NCBI GenBank assembly: GCA_965198115.1
Contig: OZ240241.1
Location: 1,280,001 to 1,344,000 of the forward strand
Direction: 5' to 3'
Length of the DNA stretch: 64,000 nt
From: Candidatus Latescibacterota bacterium
GTDB lineage: Bacteria > Latescibacterota > UBA2968
Shown here: positions 30,497 through 40,640 of the stretch, one piece after another
Numbering within the stretch: position 1 is the first letter of the stretch
How the letters are laid out: the number at the start of each line of letters is the position of its first letter
Notes under the pieces: model-generated
What the model was told of the DNA's origin: nothing
The model's database searches: none
The model's input: only the letters and a program-made list of their open reading frames with translations
Translations under genes and position numbers: made by a program

Positions 30497-31758
30497 GTGC
30501 ATGGTTTCATAAACATTATTACGTATGTCCTGAACATTATTTGTAGCTTATGTTCTCCTTCAAAAGGAGGAGAACAATGCCAAGACGTTCGCCTTATGTG
30601 GTGCTACTGTCTGAGAAGGAACGGGTCGACCTCGAGCGAATGGCTGGACAATATACGTTACCGTATTATCAAGTGATCCGATCGAAAATCGTGCTTCTCG
30701 CCGCCGAGGGATTATCCAACAAGATTATCGCCCAACGGTTGGATGTCCCGCGTCCGATCGTAAGCAAATGGCGTAAGCGCTTTTTCGAAGAGCGTCTTTC
30801 GGGACTCGAAGATAGATCTCGTCCCGGGCGCCCGCCCGGTTTTCCCCCCTCAGGTGGTCGTTCAGATCAAGGCGCTGGCGTGTGAACTACCGAGCGAGAG
30901 CGGGATACCGCTCTCGCGGTTCAGCTGTTCCGAGATTGCCGCCGAGGCAGTGCAAAGGGGCTTCGTTGCCAAGATCAGCGGCGCCACTGTCTGGCGCTGG
31001 TTGAACGAGGACGCGATTCGTCCTTGGTATCATCGCTCCTGGATTTTCCCACGGGACCCGGACTTCCAAACCAAAGCAGGTAGAGTCCTTGATCTGTATC
31101 ACCGCCAATGGCAAGGAAAGCCTTTAGGGCCGAGGGAATATGTACTTTCTGCCGACGAAAAGACCAGTATTCAAGCACGAGCTCGCAAGCACGTTACCCT
31201 ACCGCCAGCCTCGAACAGAGCGGCACGCGTTGAAACACGAATACGAGCGGAAAGGAGCCCTGGCCTATCTGGCTGCTCTCGACGTGCACAATGGTCGAAT
31301 CTTCGGTCTCTGTGAGTCTTCTTCGGGTATCGAGCCCTTCAACCGGCTCCTGAGCCTGATCATGAGCCGGAAACCCTATTGCTCGGCAAAGAAAGTCTAC
31401 CTCATCGTGGATAATGGCTCCTCGCACCGAGGGCAAACATGCATCGACCGTATCCAGGGGAAGTGGCCAAACATCCACCCCGTTCACCTTCCGATCCACG
31501 CAAGCTGGCTCAATCAGATCGAGATCTACTTCTCGATCCTCAAACGCAAGGCTCTGACACCTATCGAATTTGCATCGCTCGAAGAGCTTGAGGCAAGAAT
31601 CCTCGGTTTTCAGGAACGCTACGGACGTATCGCCACACCCTTCAAATGGAAGTTCACACGAACAGATCTCGCGGAGATGATCGACAAACTCAGGTTCTAC
31701 GATACGCCCTTGGCAAAGTCTGCTTAGAATACGTCACCGTATTTGAGAACAGGAGTAC
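30497..31758 (+). mobile_element. IS630-family IS (about 1262 bp)
   Basis: Weak IRs GTGCATGGTTTCATAAA / GTACTCCTGTTCTCAAA, flanked by TAA on both sides. Ends approximate. Confidence 0.75.
30577..31727 (+). pseudogene. IS630 transposase (orfA/orfB with TTTTCCCCCC shift site, plus an extra frameshift near 31233)
   Basis: HTH KWRKRFFEERLSGLEDRSRPGRP, SADEKT, HEYERKG, VDNGSSH, HASWLNQIE. Confidence 0.9.
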
Positions 31759-32016
31759 TAAGGTGGTCAGATTGGGGCAGTCATCCCGGTTGTGTGTTGA
31801 GCCAGGATCCGGGTCCCTCTTGCCAGATCCATAGTGACCAAAAATGGGCCCCGGCTAAGAAGCGTACCGGGGTGACAATGCTTCAGCGCGGGCTCTGATT
31901 TGCGACTAGCATTGAGTCAGTCGTAGAAGTGTCAACATAGGCCCGTTATCGGAGCAGGCTCCCAAGAAATTGGGACAATGCTTTGCATAACCATTTTCTG
32001 TAAGTCTGTCCTCTGG

Positions 32017-33429
32017 TCAGAGCGCCATTCGCATCTCGTAGGACAGGCGTTTGCTCTCGACTTCCTTCGTGATGGTGAAGCCGATCGACTCGTAGAGTGC
32101 GATTGCGCGTTCGTTGTCGGTGTTGACCGACAGCCGCAAACCAGGCTTCCTCAGATTCCGTGTCGTGGCCACGCAGGTTTCCATCAAGATTCGTCCGACG
32201 CCCTTGTCCTGCCACGCGTCGGCGACGCAGATGCCGAGTGTCGGGATCTCAGATTTGATGCTCTGCAGCCAGACATATCCCGCCACTTCTTCGCCGACCC
32301 ACAGGAGGTGGCATCTTATGCTCGTATCCTCCGCGACCTGTCGACCCGATTCGGCTGTCAGCGGGTATGGATAGAAGTAAAGGGCCGTTTGCTCCGAACA
32401 GGATTCGAGCATTCGTCCGAGGGCTCCGCCATCGGACGTCCGCTTTAGCCGGACCTCCCCGACCGTGCCATCCTTGAGCTCCACCCTTATCCGTTCACTG
32501 GCATAGGCCTCGGCGACCAGCTCGATGTTCCGCAGTCCGTCCAAGCCGCTCGCGAGCGGCTCGCCTCCCTCTTCCACGCAGACCACGAACTGATCGAGCA
32601 ATCCGCTGAAGTAGTCGGGGAAAACCACATCTTCCTCCTCTTCCCCAGCCTCCGTCACGATTCGTAAAGTCGATCCGAGAAAGATCGACCCCTTCGTTCC
32701 GTAAATCTCCAGCACGTTGCCGTTATGAGGCACCACGATGGTGGCAGTAATCGTGCCGTGACCGCCGTTTTCGAACGCCGTGAGTGTGTGTGATGTTTCC
32801 TCGACCTCGATGTTCAGAACGGGGCTGCCCCCGCGATTGACGATCTCGGTGATCTCCCCGAATAGGAAACGGAATAGGTCGAGATAGTGCGTTCCGATGT
32901 CGACCAGAACGCCTCCGCCGCTCAGGGACACATCCCGACGCCACGACCCGTCTTCCCACGGTATCCATTTGGCCAGATGGGCCCGCACGGAGACGAACTG
33001 ACCGATCGTGCCATCGCTGACCATCGTCTTCAGTCGTTGATAGATCGGCCATCCTCGAAGCACAAAGCAGACCTGCAGATGAACCTTCGCCTGCTCGCAC
33101 GCCTTGATGATCTGCCGGCACTCGTTCGGCGTCAGGGCCATCGGCTTCTCGCACAACACGTGTTTGCCCGATTCGGCCACCGCAACGGCGTGCTCCGTGT
33201 GCAAACTGACGGGCGATGAGACGTAGATGGCGTCCAGCTCATCATCTGCCAGCAGGTCATCGACGGAAGCGTAGGCTCGCGGAATCTTCAGTTTCTCTGC
33301 CAGCGCCTCGGCACGCCCCTGGTCACGAACCATCAGAGCGCCAATCTCGCACGACGCCAACGACTGCATCGATGGGATGACCCGTCGTTGCGCGACGCTT
33401 CCTGCACCAAGGATGCCCCAGGTTAGCAC
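32017..33429 (-). CDS. Gfo/Idh/MocA oxidoreductase fused to a C-terminal GNAT acetyltransferase
   Basis: WGILGAG, HVLCEKP, GGGVLVDIGTH, then LGICVADAWQDKGVGR...NERAIALYESIGF. Confidence 0.85.
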   Translation of the reverse strand: MLTWGILGAGSVAQRRVIPSMQSLASCEIGALMVRDQGRAEALAEKLKIPRAYASVDDLLADDELDAIYVSSPVSLHTEHAVAVAESGKHVLCEKPMALTPNECRQIIKACEQAKVHLQVCFVLRGWPIYQRLKTMVSDGTIGQFVSVRAHLAKWIPWEDGSWRRDVSLSGGGVLVDIGTHYLDLFRFLFGEITEIVNRGGSPVLNIEVEETSHTLTAFENGGHGTITATIVVPHNGNVLEIYGTKGSIFLGSTLRIVTEAGEEEEDVVFPDYFSGLLDQFVVCVEEGGEPLASGLDGLRNIELVAEAYASERIRVELKDGTVGEVRLKRTSDGGALGRMLESCSEQTALYFYPYPLTAESGRQVAEDTSIRCHLLWVGEEVAGYVWLQSIKSEIPTLGICVADAWQDKGVGRILMETCVATTRNLRKPGLRLSVNTDNERAIALYESIGFTITKEVESKRLSYEMRMAL

Positions 33430-33529
33430 GATAAACCTCTGTGCCCGAACGGGCGAGCCCACCTTCGCGAAAAGCGCTTCGGCGGGCAGGCACGAGAGCA
33501 GGCGTGGCAGTGGGTGTACATCTGTCGTC

Positions 33530-34823
33530 TTAATGCCTTTTTTCGAGTTCGATAACCGCGCGGGTTTCCATCGCCTTGTCCGCCGAGAAGCCGATCAGGT
33601 GGCCGGAAACGGAGTCTTCGATGCGGGTGCAAGCGAGAGATGGGCTTCCCCCACTGACCAGGTCCACGAAATCCGCGACGAGGCGTTCGTCACCGCCGCC
33701 GTGCCCCCCGAACGCCCCGTGCAGGTCACCTTCGGCGTGGAGGTCCACGACTTCCTCGGAGTACTCGTGACCGGGCCGGGGATCGATGTGTCGTATTACG
33801 AAACGTCCGTCGTCGAACACGCCCTGGATCTCTCCCTCCGTTCCGATCAGATGGATCGCCCTCGAAGGACGGGCGGTTCCTCCCACAAGGTTATGTGTCG
33901 CCGTAGCGCCGTCTTCGAATTCGATTGCGACCGATTGATGGTCCACGACGTCGTTGTCGCATTTCCACACGCATCGACCGTATGCGTTGTCCCCTTCGAG
34001 GGAAGCGACCTTGTCCTCGATGGTCGGCGCGGCAATGTGCTCCAGTGTATCCCACACGTAGAACGACCATCGATCCGGATGATCGATGTAGTGCTTCCGG
34101 GCGGAGTAGAGACAGTCCGGCTCGATCTCGCAATCGACGAGACAGCGCGATCCCGCGCCTTCCGGCGCTCTCTCCTCTCTGAAGTAAGTGTTGGTGCCGA
34201 AGCTGCTGACCGCGACCGGTGAGACACCGGCCTTCATCCACGCGATCAGGTCGAGATCGTGACAGCACTTGGCCATCAGCATCGACGAGTGACAGCGCTC
34301 GCGGTTGTTCCACTTACCCCGAACGAACCCAAACCGCCATATGGTGATAGCTCACGTGCTCGATCGTCTGCACGTTGATCACCTGGCCGATTTCGCCGGC
34401 AACGACCCTTTCCTTGATGGCGAAGTAGAACGGCGCGTATCGCAGAACGTGACAAATCATCACCTTCCGATCGAGTCGAACCGCCGCCTCGGTCAACTGC
34501 CACATTTCGTCCTCATCCGTGGCGAAAGGCTTCTCCAACAGCACGTCGTAACCGGCTTCGAGCAGCGGCAGAGTGGTCGTAACGTGCTGATGATCCATCG
34601 TCCCGTTGATCGCGCAATCGGCGAACTTCGGCTCGCCTGCGAGTTGCTCGGACGACCTATAGCATCGATCGAGCGGGATTTCGAAACGTTCCGACGTCTG
34701 CTTTCGACGAAGGTCGATCGGATCCGCCATTCCCACGATCCGTAGCTTGTCTGGATGCGTCTCCGCGAAGGATGCGTAGGTCAGCGCACGGTGGCCGGCG
34801 CCAATGATGACAGCGGTCAGCAC
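33530..34823 (-). pseudogene. Gfo/Idh/MocA oxidoreductase, frameshifted near 34325
   Basis: IIGAGHR, VLLEKP, CHVLRY in one frame; KCCHDLD, HGGGD in the next. An extra T in a TTT run explains the shift. Confidence 0.88.
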
Positions 34824-34824
34824 T

Positions 34825-35826
34825 CTAAACCCTGAACGGGAGGAAGGGTGGGCGGGTGAGCGGGAGATGGGTCCTAAGAACGCAGAGCAGGCGAGCAGAC
34901 GAGCAGGCGTGACAGCGGTTCGACGACCAGACCCTACGTTCCGGAAAAGAGGCTGTTGATTCGTGTGCATCCGGGTTCTTTTGGGGTTGTTCTTTCGGGT
35001 ATAGATCCAAAGCGTTGAACCAGCTGATGAACTTCGGGAACATCTCCTCGGGGTCGGGCAATTCACGGTGCCAGCGCTTTTCCCACTCGAACGTCACGTA
35101 GCCGTCGAACGATCGATCCTTCATCAACGAAAGAGCTTCCTCGAGAGGCAGCTGGCCGGTACCGGGCTCGACGTAACGCCATCCGTCCTTCATCGCTTCC
35201 GGGTGCGATGTGTCGTGGATCGCGTCCTTGACGTGAATGTAGTAGACCCGGTGATCGAACGCCGCAAGAGACGCCTCCGGATCCTCGCCTCCCACTCGGG
35301 CGGTATGCCCGACGTCCCACAGGATGCCAAAGGCCTCGTCAGGAACACGATCGAGCAGCAGCCTGCACTCTTCGGACGAGATCCACAGATCGTGCGTTTC
35401 CAGCACCCACCGAAACGCATTCGCTCCGTCGAGGGCCAGGACCTGATCCATCATCGACTGACCGATGTCGGCCATCTCTGCCTTCGTCTTTCCTTCGGCG
35501 ATGCCGCCCCCGAACACACGCAGGAGTGGAACGTCGAGTTCACCCGCGATCGGGATCGTCCGCTTGGCCTCTTCCAGATTCGAATCGACGCGCGTCTCGT
35601 CGCAAATCCTGAGACTCGTACTGATCCCGCAGACCGCCAGATTGGCATCGGCGAACCTTCTCTTTGTCTCGGCGATGCCCGTCGTAAACGGCCTCAGGTG
35701 TGTCACATCAATCTCTTCCTGCAGACCCCGAAAGTCGACCCCACTGAATCCGTAAGCGGACCCGTTCTGTATCACGGTATCCAGATCCCAGTCGGGGCAG
35801 CCCAGCGTGGTAAAGGATGGCTTCAC
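34825..35826 (-). CDS. Sugar phosphate isomerase/epimerase (xylose isomerase-like TIM barrel)
   Basis: FTTLGCPDW, LETHD, WDVGH, IHVKD, FEWEKRWH. C-terminal tail runs through repeat-like sequence. Confidence 0.88.
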   Translation of the reverse strand: MKPSFTTLGCPDWDLDTVIQNGSAYGFSGVDFRGLQEEIDVTHLRPFTTGIAETKRRFADANLAVCGISTSLRICDETRVDSNLEEAKRTIPIAGELDVPLLRVFGGGIAEGKTKAEMADIGQSMMDQVLALDGANAFRWVLETHDLWISSEECRLLLDRVPDEAFGILWDVGHTARVGGEDPEASLAAFDHRVYYIHVKDAIHDTSHPEAMKDGWRYVEPGTGQLPLEEALSLMKDRSFDGYVTFEWEKRWHRELPDPEEMFPKFISWFNALDLYPKEQPQKNPDAHESTASFPERRVWSSNRCHACSSARLLCVLRTHLPLTRPPFLPFRV

Positions 35827-35951
35827 GATCTCCTCAGATAGACACTCACTTCAACCATACGCCTCGTGCACAGTGCGCCGTCGGGTTCTCTTCCCAAGCT
35901 GTGTTCCTGCGACGGCGGCGCGGCCCCCCCCCCCTCGGCCTCGTCAGCAGA

Positions 35952-36030
35952 CCCGGGGCTGACCCGCCTTCGCCAGGCTTCGGCGGGCAAACGCCCCGGG
36001 CTATTTTCGGACGCCCCTCCGGGGCTCACA
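35952..36030. repeat. REP-like double-hairpin repeat, copy 3, with a 29-nt hairpin inserted in its loop
   Basis: Matches copy 2 closely apart from the insert at 35964-35992. Confidence 0.8.
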
Positions 36031-36082
36031 CCTTTCATACCTGTTCTACTTACTCTGGCTTCTGGCAAGCGAACGATTCGGT

Positions 36083-37747
36083 CTATGATTCGTCGTCCTT
36101 GCCCCCAGTCACAACGCCGTACTCGCGCTCGGCCGCTTCCACCGAAACACGTCCTTGCCGAACATCTTCCTGGACGGCTTCGCGATTTCGCTCGGACGGT
36201 TTCCCGTGGCCCGCACCGCCGGGCAGACGCAACGTGACCGTTTGACCGGGTTGGAGATCGTATGTGCTCTTGGGTGATAGTCTCGTGCCGTCCGACAGAA
36301 ACAGTTCGCCGGCCATCCCGTCCGCGCCCCCCGCGAAGCCTCGCGGGGCTCTACGCGTTCGATCGTACATGCAGGAATGCTGGGCCGGTCGACCCGAGTC
36401 GACCGTCAAAACCATCTGCTGGCTCAACCCACCGCGGTATTTGCCAGCGCCCCCCGAATCACGGATCAGTTCCCGTCGTAACATCCTCACAGGGGACACG
36501 GATTCGATCGCCTCGGCCGGGACACCTCGGATCCCACTCGGGAAAGCCGTGGCCGACAGACCGTCTGCGGTCGGGCGCGCTCCCATCCCTCCGGCGGAAA
36601 AGAAGATGTAGGCGAACCGCTCTCCGCGGAGGTCGACCCCCTCGAGCTGTGTGTTCCAGAGGCCGGCTGATCCGTCCGCAATCACCCTGTCGGGAATGGC
36701 CTTACTCAACGCTCCGAAAACCGCTTGGGACAGAAAATGTCCCACGAGGTGTCGCGCTCCGACCGCGCAGGGGAATTGTGCGTTGAGGATACAACCTTCG
36801 GGAGCCGTCACCAGAACGGGACGAAAGCTTCCCTCGTTGTTCGGGATGGTTGGGCTGATCGCGCATTTCAGCGGATACGTCGTGTAGGCGTGGGTGTAAT
36901 TGTAGACGACGTTGATTCCCCATCCCACCTGCGCCGAACTGCCTTCGTAATCCACGTGCAGATCGCGATCACCGATCTCGATCGACGCCCTGATCACGAG
37001 CGGCTCGTCGAAGCCGTCGATCTCGACCTCATCCTCGTAACGACCGTTCGGCACGGCCTCGATCGCCTCCCGGGTCGTCGACTCGGAACGATCGAGAATC
37101 GCCACGGCCAGATCTTCGATGTCCTCGAGGTCGTACTCGTCCATCATCACGATCAGCTTCTCGGCTCCGACATCGTTTCCGGCTTGCTGTGCATAGAGAT
37201 CGCCGACGACTTGATCCGGCTCCCTCACGTTCGCACGAAGGATGGCGATCAGATCCTCGTTGATCTGTCCCTCGCGGAAGAGATGCATGATGGGCACGTT
37301 GACGCCTTCTTCGAACACCTGCCGGGCTCCGGCCCCGAGCGTACGGCCGCCGATGTCCATCGCGTGACACGTATTCGCAAACCAGCCGATTCCCTTACCA
37401 CGGTAGAAGACAGGTGTGACGACCGTAATGTCGTGCAAGTGTCCTGAACCGAGCCAGGGATCGTTCGTCAGCAGGCTGGCACCAGGCTTCAGCGTGTCGA
37501 CCGGATGCTTCTTCACAAAATGCGCCACACACGTCGCCATCGTGTTGATGTGCCCAGGTGTACCCGTGACCGCCTGCGCAAGCATCCTCCCCTGCCGGTC
37601 GAACACACCGGCCGAAAGGTCGCCGGCTTCTCTCACGACGGTCGTGAAGGAAGCGTGCATCAGTGCTGCGGCTTGCTCGTTCACGATCGAGATCAGGCGG
37701 CTCCAGAGAACTTCTAAAAGCACGCCCTCGTAGCTGCGCTCAGGCAT
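36083..37747 (-). CDS. Hydantoinase B / 5-oxoprolinase beta-subunit family
   Basis: VVREAGDLS, NDPWLGSGHLHD, DSGGAGKYRGG, PGGAGHG. Confidence 0.93.
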   Translation of the reverse strand: MPERSYEGVLLEVLWSRLISIVNEQAAALMHASFTTVVREAGDLSAGVFDRQGRMLAQAVTGTPGHINTMATCVAHFVKKHPVDTLKPGASLLTNDPWLGSGHLHDITVVTPVFYRGKGIGWFANTCHAMDIGGRTLGAGARQVFEEGVNVPIMHLFREGQINEDLIAILRANVREPDQVVGDLYAQQAGNDVGAEKLIVMMDEYDLEDIEDLAVAILDRSESTTREAIEAVPNGRYEDEVEIDGFDEPLVIRASIEIGDRDLHVDYEGSSAQVGWGINVVYNYTHAYTTYPLKCAISPTIPNNEGSFRPVLVTAPEGCILNAQFPCAVGARHLVGHFLSQAVFGALSKAIPDRVIADGSAGLWNTQLEGVDLRGERFAYIFFSAGGMGARPTADGLSATAFPSGIRGVPAEAIESVSPVRMLRRELIRDSGGAGKYRGGLSQQMVLTVDSGRPAQHSCMYDRTRRAPRGFAGGADGMAGELFLSDGTRLSPKSTYDLQPGQTVTLRLPGGAGHGKPSERNREAVQEDVRQGRVSVEAAEREYGVVTGGKDDES

Positions 37748-39827
37748 CCGATGCTCCTTCGTGGGTCAATACCAACGCACCACAGTCTTGGACGACAAAG
37801 CGCCAATCGGGTGGAACGACCGTCGTCGATTCGGCTTCCTCGAGGATGGTGGGACCTGACGAATGAAATCCACTTTCCAGTGCGTATCGTGAGAACACGG
37901 GCGTGGTGATGGGTGTCTCGTAACCGTCGAATAGAACGTCTCGCGCGCCCCTTTTCGGGTCTTCTGACTCGGCTGAGACGTTCACGGGAGGAGCTTCGGG
38001 CTTGGGACCCGAAACCGTCACACGCCAGTGTACCGTCTCGACGGGCACACCGTCGCATATTCGACCGAAAGCCCTTCGATAGGCGTCGTCGAACGCGCGC
38101 TGGATGACGCAAACAGACGAATCCTCGAGGGTTCCCTCGGGGATCGGTACGCTGATCTCGTGACCCTGTCCGACGTAGCGCATATCAGCGCTGCGTGTGA
38201 CTCGGATCTCCCTGCTGGCGACGCCTCCTGCCGTAACCACAGCGTGGCCATCTGACTCCATTTCGGTGTAGAGCTCGTTGACCATCGCCACATCGATCCC
38301 CTCGAGTCGTCCGACCTGGCTTCTCGCGAAATCGAAGGAAACCGGGGCCAGGAGCAGTCCGTAAGCCGACCCGACACCCGCGACAGGAGGAACGACGACC
38401 TCCGTCAGTCCAAGCAACCGGGCGACGCCGGTCGCGTGGACAGGGCCGGCGCCCCCCGTGGCCACGAGCGCATAGGGTCTGACATCGACGCCGCGTTCGG
38501 CCGCGTGAACACGAGCGGCGTTGGCCATGTTCTCATTCACGAGACGATGGATTCCACGGGCGGCCGTGAGGACGTCGCCACCGAACGCATCGGCGATCGA
38601 AGCGATCGCCCCCCTGGCCTGTTCTTCGTCGAGGGCCATCTCCCCACCCAGGAAGTGGTCCGCGTTCAGGTATCCAAGAATGAGGTCGGCGTCGGTCACC
38701 GTCGGGTCGTGGCCACCGCTTCCGTAGCACGCAGGACCGGGCACGGATCCCGCGCTCTCGGGACCGACGGCCGGCAATCCCAGATCGTTGAGGTGGGCAA
38801 TACTCCCACCGCCTGCGCCGATCTCGATCATGTCCATCACCGGAACAAGCAGAGGCAGCCCGCTCCCGCGTTTGAATCGGTAGACGCGTGCGACTTCCGA
38901 TTCGGTCGTTACGGGAAAGACGCCCCCGTCGGACAGCATCGCCTTGGCGGTCGTTCCACCCATGTCGAAAGCCAGCACTCTCGAGTGTCCACACTGTCGC
39001 CCCCACTCGGCTGCGGCCAGCGCCCCTCCGCACGGCCCCGACTCCACTAGCCGTATCGGATGGCGACGCGCCGTCTCCGTCGAGCAACTTCCCCCGTTGG
39101 AAAGCATGATGTGGAGAGGCGAACTCAGACCCAGATCCCGCAACCCCGACGCGAGACGTTCCAAGTAGCGTTCCACCAGGGGCTGCACGTAGGCGTTCGC
39201 CACGGTTGTCGAAGTCCGCTCGTACTCTCGCAACTCAGGCGCGATGTCGTGCGAACAGGTCATCGGAACTTCCGGCCACGTCGCCTGAATCTGGTCGCGG
39301 ACACGACGCTCGTGCTCGGAGTTGGCGTAGGCGTGGAGCAGACAGACAGCGAGGGCTTCAACCCCTTCCTCACGCAAACGAACGATGGCCTTCGTTACAT
39401 CCGCTTCGTCGAGCGGGATTCGGATCGAACCGTCCGGATTGATCCGCTCGACCACTTGCATCCGATGCCGACGCTCGACGAGGGGCTCGGGCAACTCCAA
39501 CCAGAGATCGTAGATGTCGTATCGACCCTCGCGTCCGATCTCGAGCGCGTCACGGAAGCCGTCGGTAGTGATCAGCCCCGTCTTGGCGCCCTTCCGCTCG
39601 ATAAGCGTGTTGGTCACGAGCGTCGTTCCGTGAAGCACACGGTCGACTCCCGCCGGATCGTGACCCGTCTCCGCCAGCACGCGCTGGGTCCCAGCGAGAA
39701 CTCCGTCGGAAGGATCCGGATAGGTCGTCAGCAGCTTGACGATCGACAGGTCACCGGTCGCGCGGCTCAGCAGCACCACGTCGGTAAAGGTGCCACCGAT
39801 GTCTATCCCTAATGCGAACGTAGACAA
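37740..39827 (-). CDS. Hydantoinase A / 5-oxoprolinase alpha-subunit family
   Basis: GIDIGGTFTD, HGTTLVTN, EYERTSTT, FDMGGTT, IGAGGGS, GPESAG. Confidence 0.93.
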   Translation of the reverse strand: MSTFALGIDIGGTFTDVVLLSRATGDLSIVKLLTTYPDPSDGVLAGTQRVLAETGHDPAGVDRVLHGTTLVTNTLIERKGAKTGLITTDGFRDALEIGREGRYDIYDLWLELPEPLVERRHRMQVVERINPDGSIRIPLDEADVTKAIVRLREEGVEALAVCLLHAYANSEHERRVRDQIQATWPEVPMTCSHDIAPELREYERTSTTVANAYVQPLVERYLERLASGLRDLGLSSPLHIMLSNGGSCSTETARRHPIRLVESGPCGGALAAAEWGRQCGHSRVLAFDMGGTTAKAMLSDGGVFPVTTESEVARVYRFKRGSGLPLLVPVMDMIEIGAGGGSIAHLNDLGLPAVGPESAGSVPGPACYGSGGHDPTVTDADLILGYLNADHFLGGEMALDEEQARGAIASIADAFGGDVLTAARGIHRLVNENMANAARVHAAERGVDVRPYALVATGGAGPVHATGVARLLGLTEVVVPPVAGVGSAYGLLLAPVSFDFARSQVGRLEGIDVAMVNELYTEMESDGHAVVTAGGVASREIRVTRSADMRYVGQGHEISVPIPEGTLEDSSVCVIQRAFDDAYRRAFGRICDGVPVETVHWRVTVSGPKPEAPPVNVSAESEDPKRGARDVLFDGYETPITTPVFSRYALESGFHSSGPTILEEAESTTVVPPDWRFVVQDCGALVLTHEGASDA

Positions 39828-39904
39828 GAAACCTCCTGTATGATCAGACGCGACGTAGTATACTCTTCGGCCCCATCCAGATCAACGGAGCACCGCGCGA
39901 CGCG

Positions 39905-40621
39905 TTGACTTCGATCAGACCTCAGGCTATACTCTCCGCGTTCGAGAGCATCGGCCCATTCCTCCACGCAAGCAGCATCCTCCATGAACTTCATCGATGC
40001 CGTCAACCAGGTGCTCAGCGGTCAGGACGCAGCCAATCCCGAGGATTATGTTCAGCTCCTCGGGCTACCGGGACGGTTGATCGGCACGGATATCGCCGTC
40101 CTCCAGGACGATCTCGCGGCGCACGGCAACACCATGGCCGAACAGATCTGCCGCCCCGTTCACCCTGCTGTCGCCTTCCTCGATTTCCTCGGCCTCGACA
40201 CGGTCGAGGACTTCTGTATTCTGAAAAAGACGTCCTTTCAAAACTTGCTGCAGGCCGCCGTCTACGACCGGCTGACGGGACTCTTTTCCAGGAACACCAT
40301 GGAGTCCCGACTCCACCAGGAATTCCAACGGGCTCGCCGCTATAGCCTGCCCCTGTCGTTGCTCTTCATCGATTGCGATGACTTCAAGAACATCAACGAC
40401 ACGCACGGCCACAGCGAAGGGATCGTGTGCTGTCTTTCATCGGTCGGTTTATCCTCGATCACTTGAGGGAGGTCGACTTCCCGGTACGATATGGCAGTGA
40501 AGAGTTCGTCGTAACTCTTCCGCACATGAACGGAGAGACGGCACTGTCCCTCGCACACCGACTCCACGACAGCATCACCGACGCGGAAAAGAGGGCCAAG
40601 TTGCTCAGCCCCGTTACGATC
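39905..40621 (+). pseudogene. GGDEF diguanylate cyclase, frameshifted and truncated by IS256
   Basis: YDRLTGLFSR, DCDDFKNINDTHGH. Shift near 40418 to RYGSEEF...PVTI, then the IS end. 5' start uncertain. Confidence 0.88.
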
Positions 40622-40640
40622 GGTGAGGTCCCTATCCTAG

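Noticed and set aside
12131-36030. Palindromic repeats as a CRISPR array
   Set aside because: The copies are kilobases apart, with no regular repeat-spacer periodicity and no cas genes.
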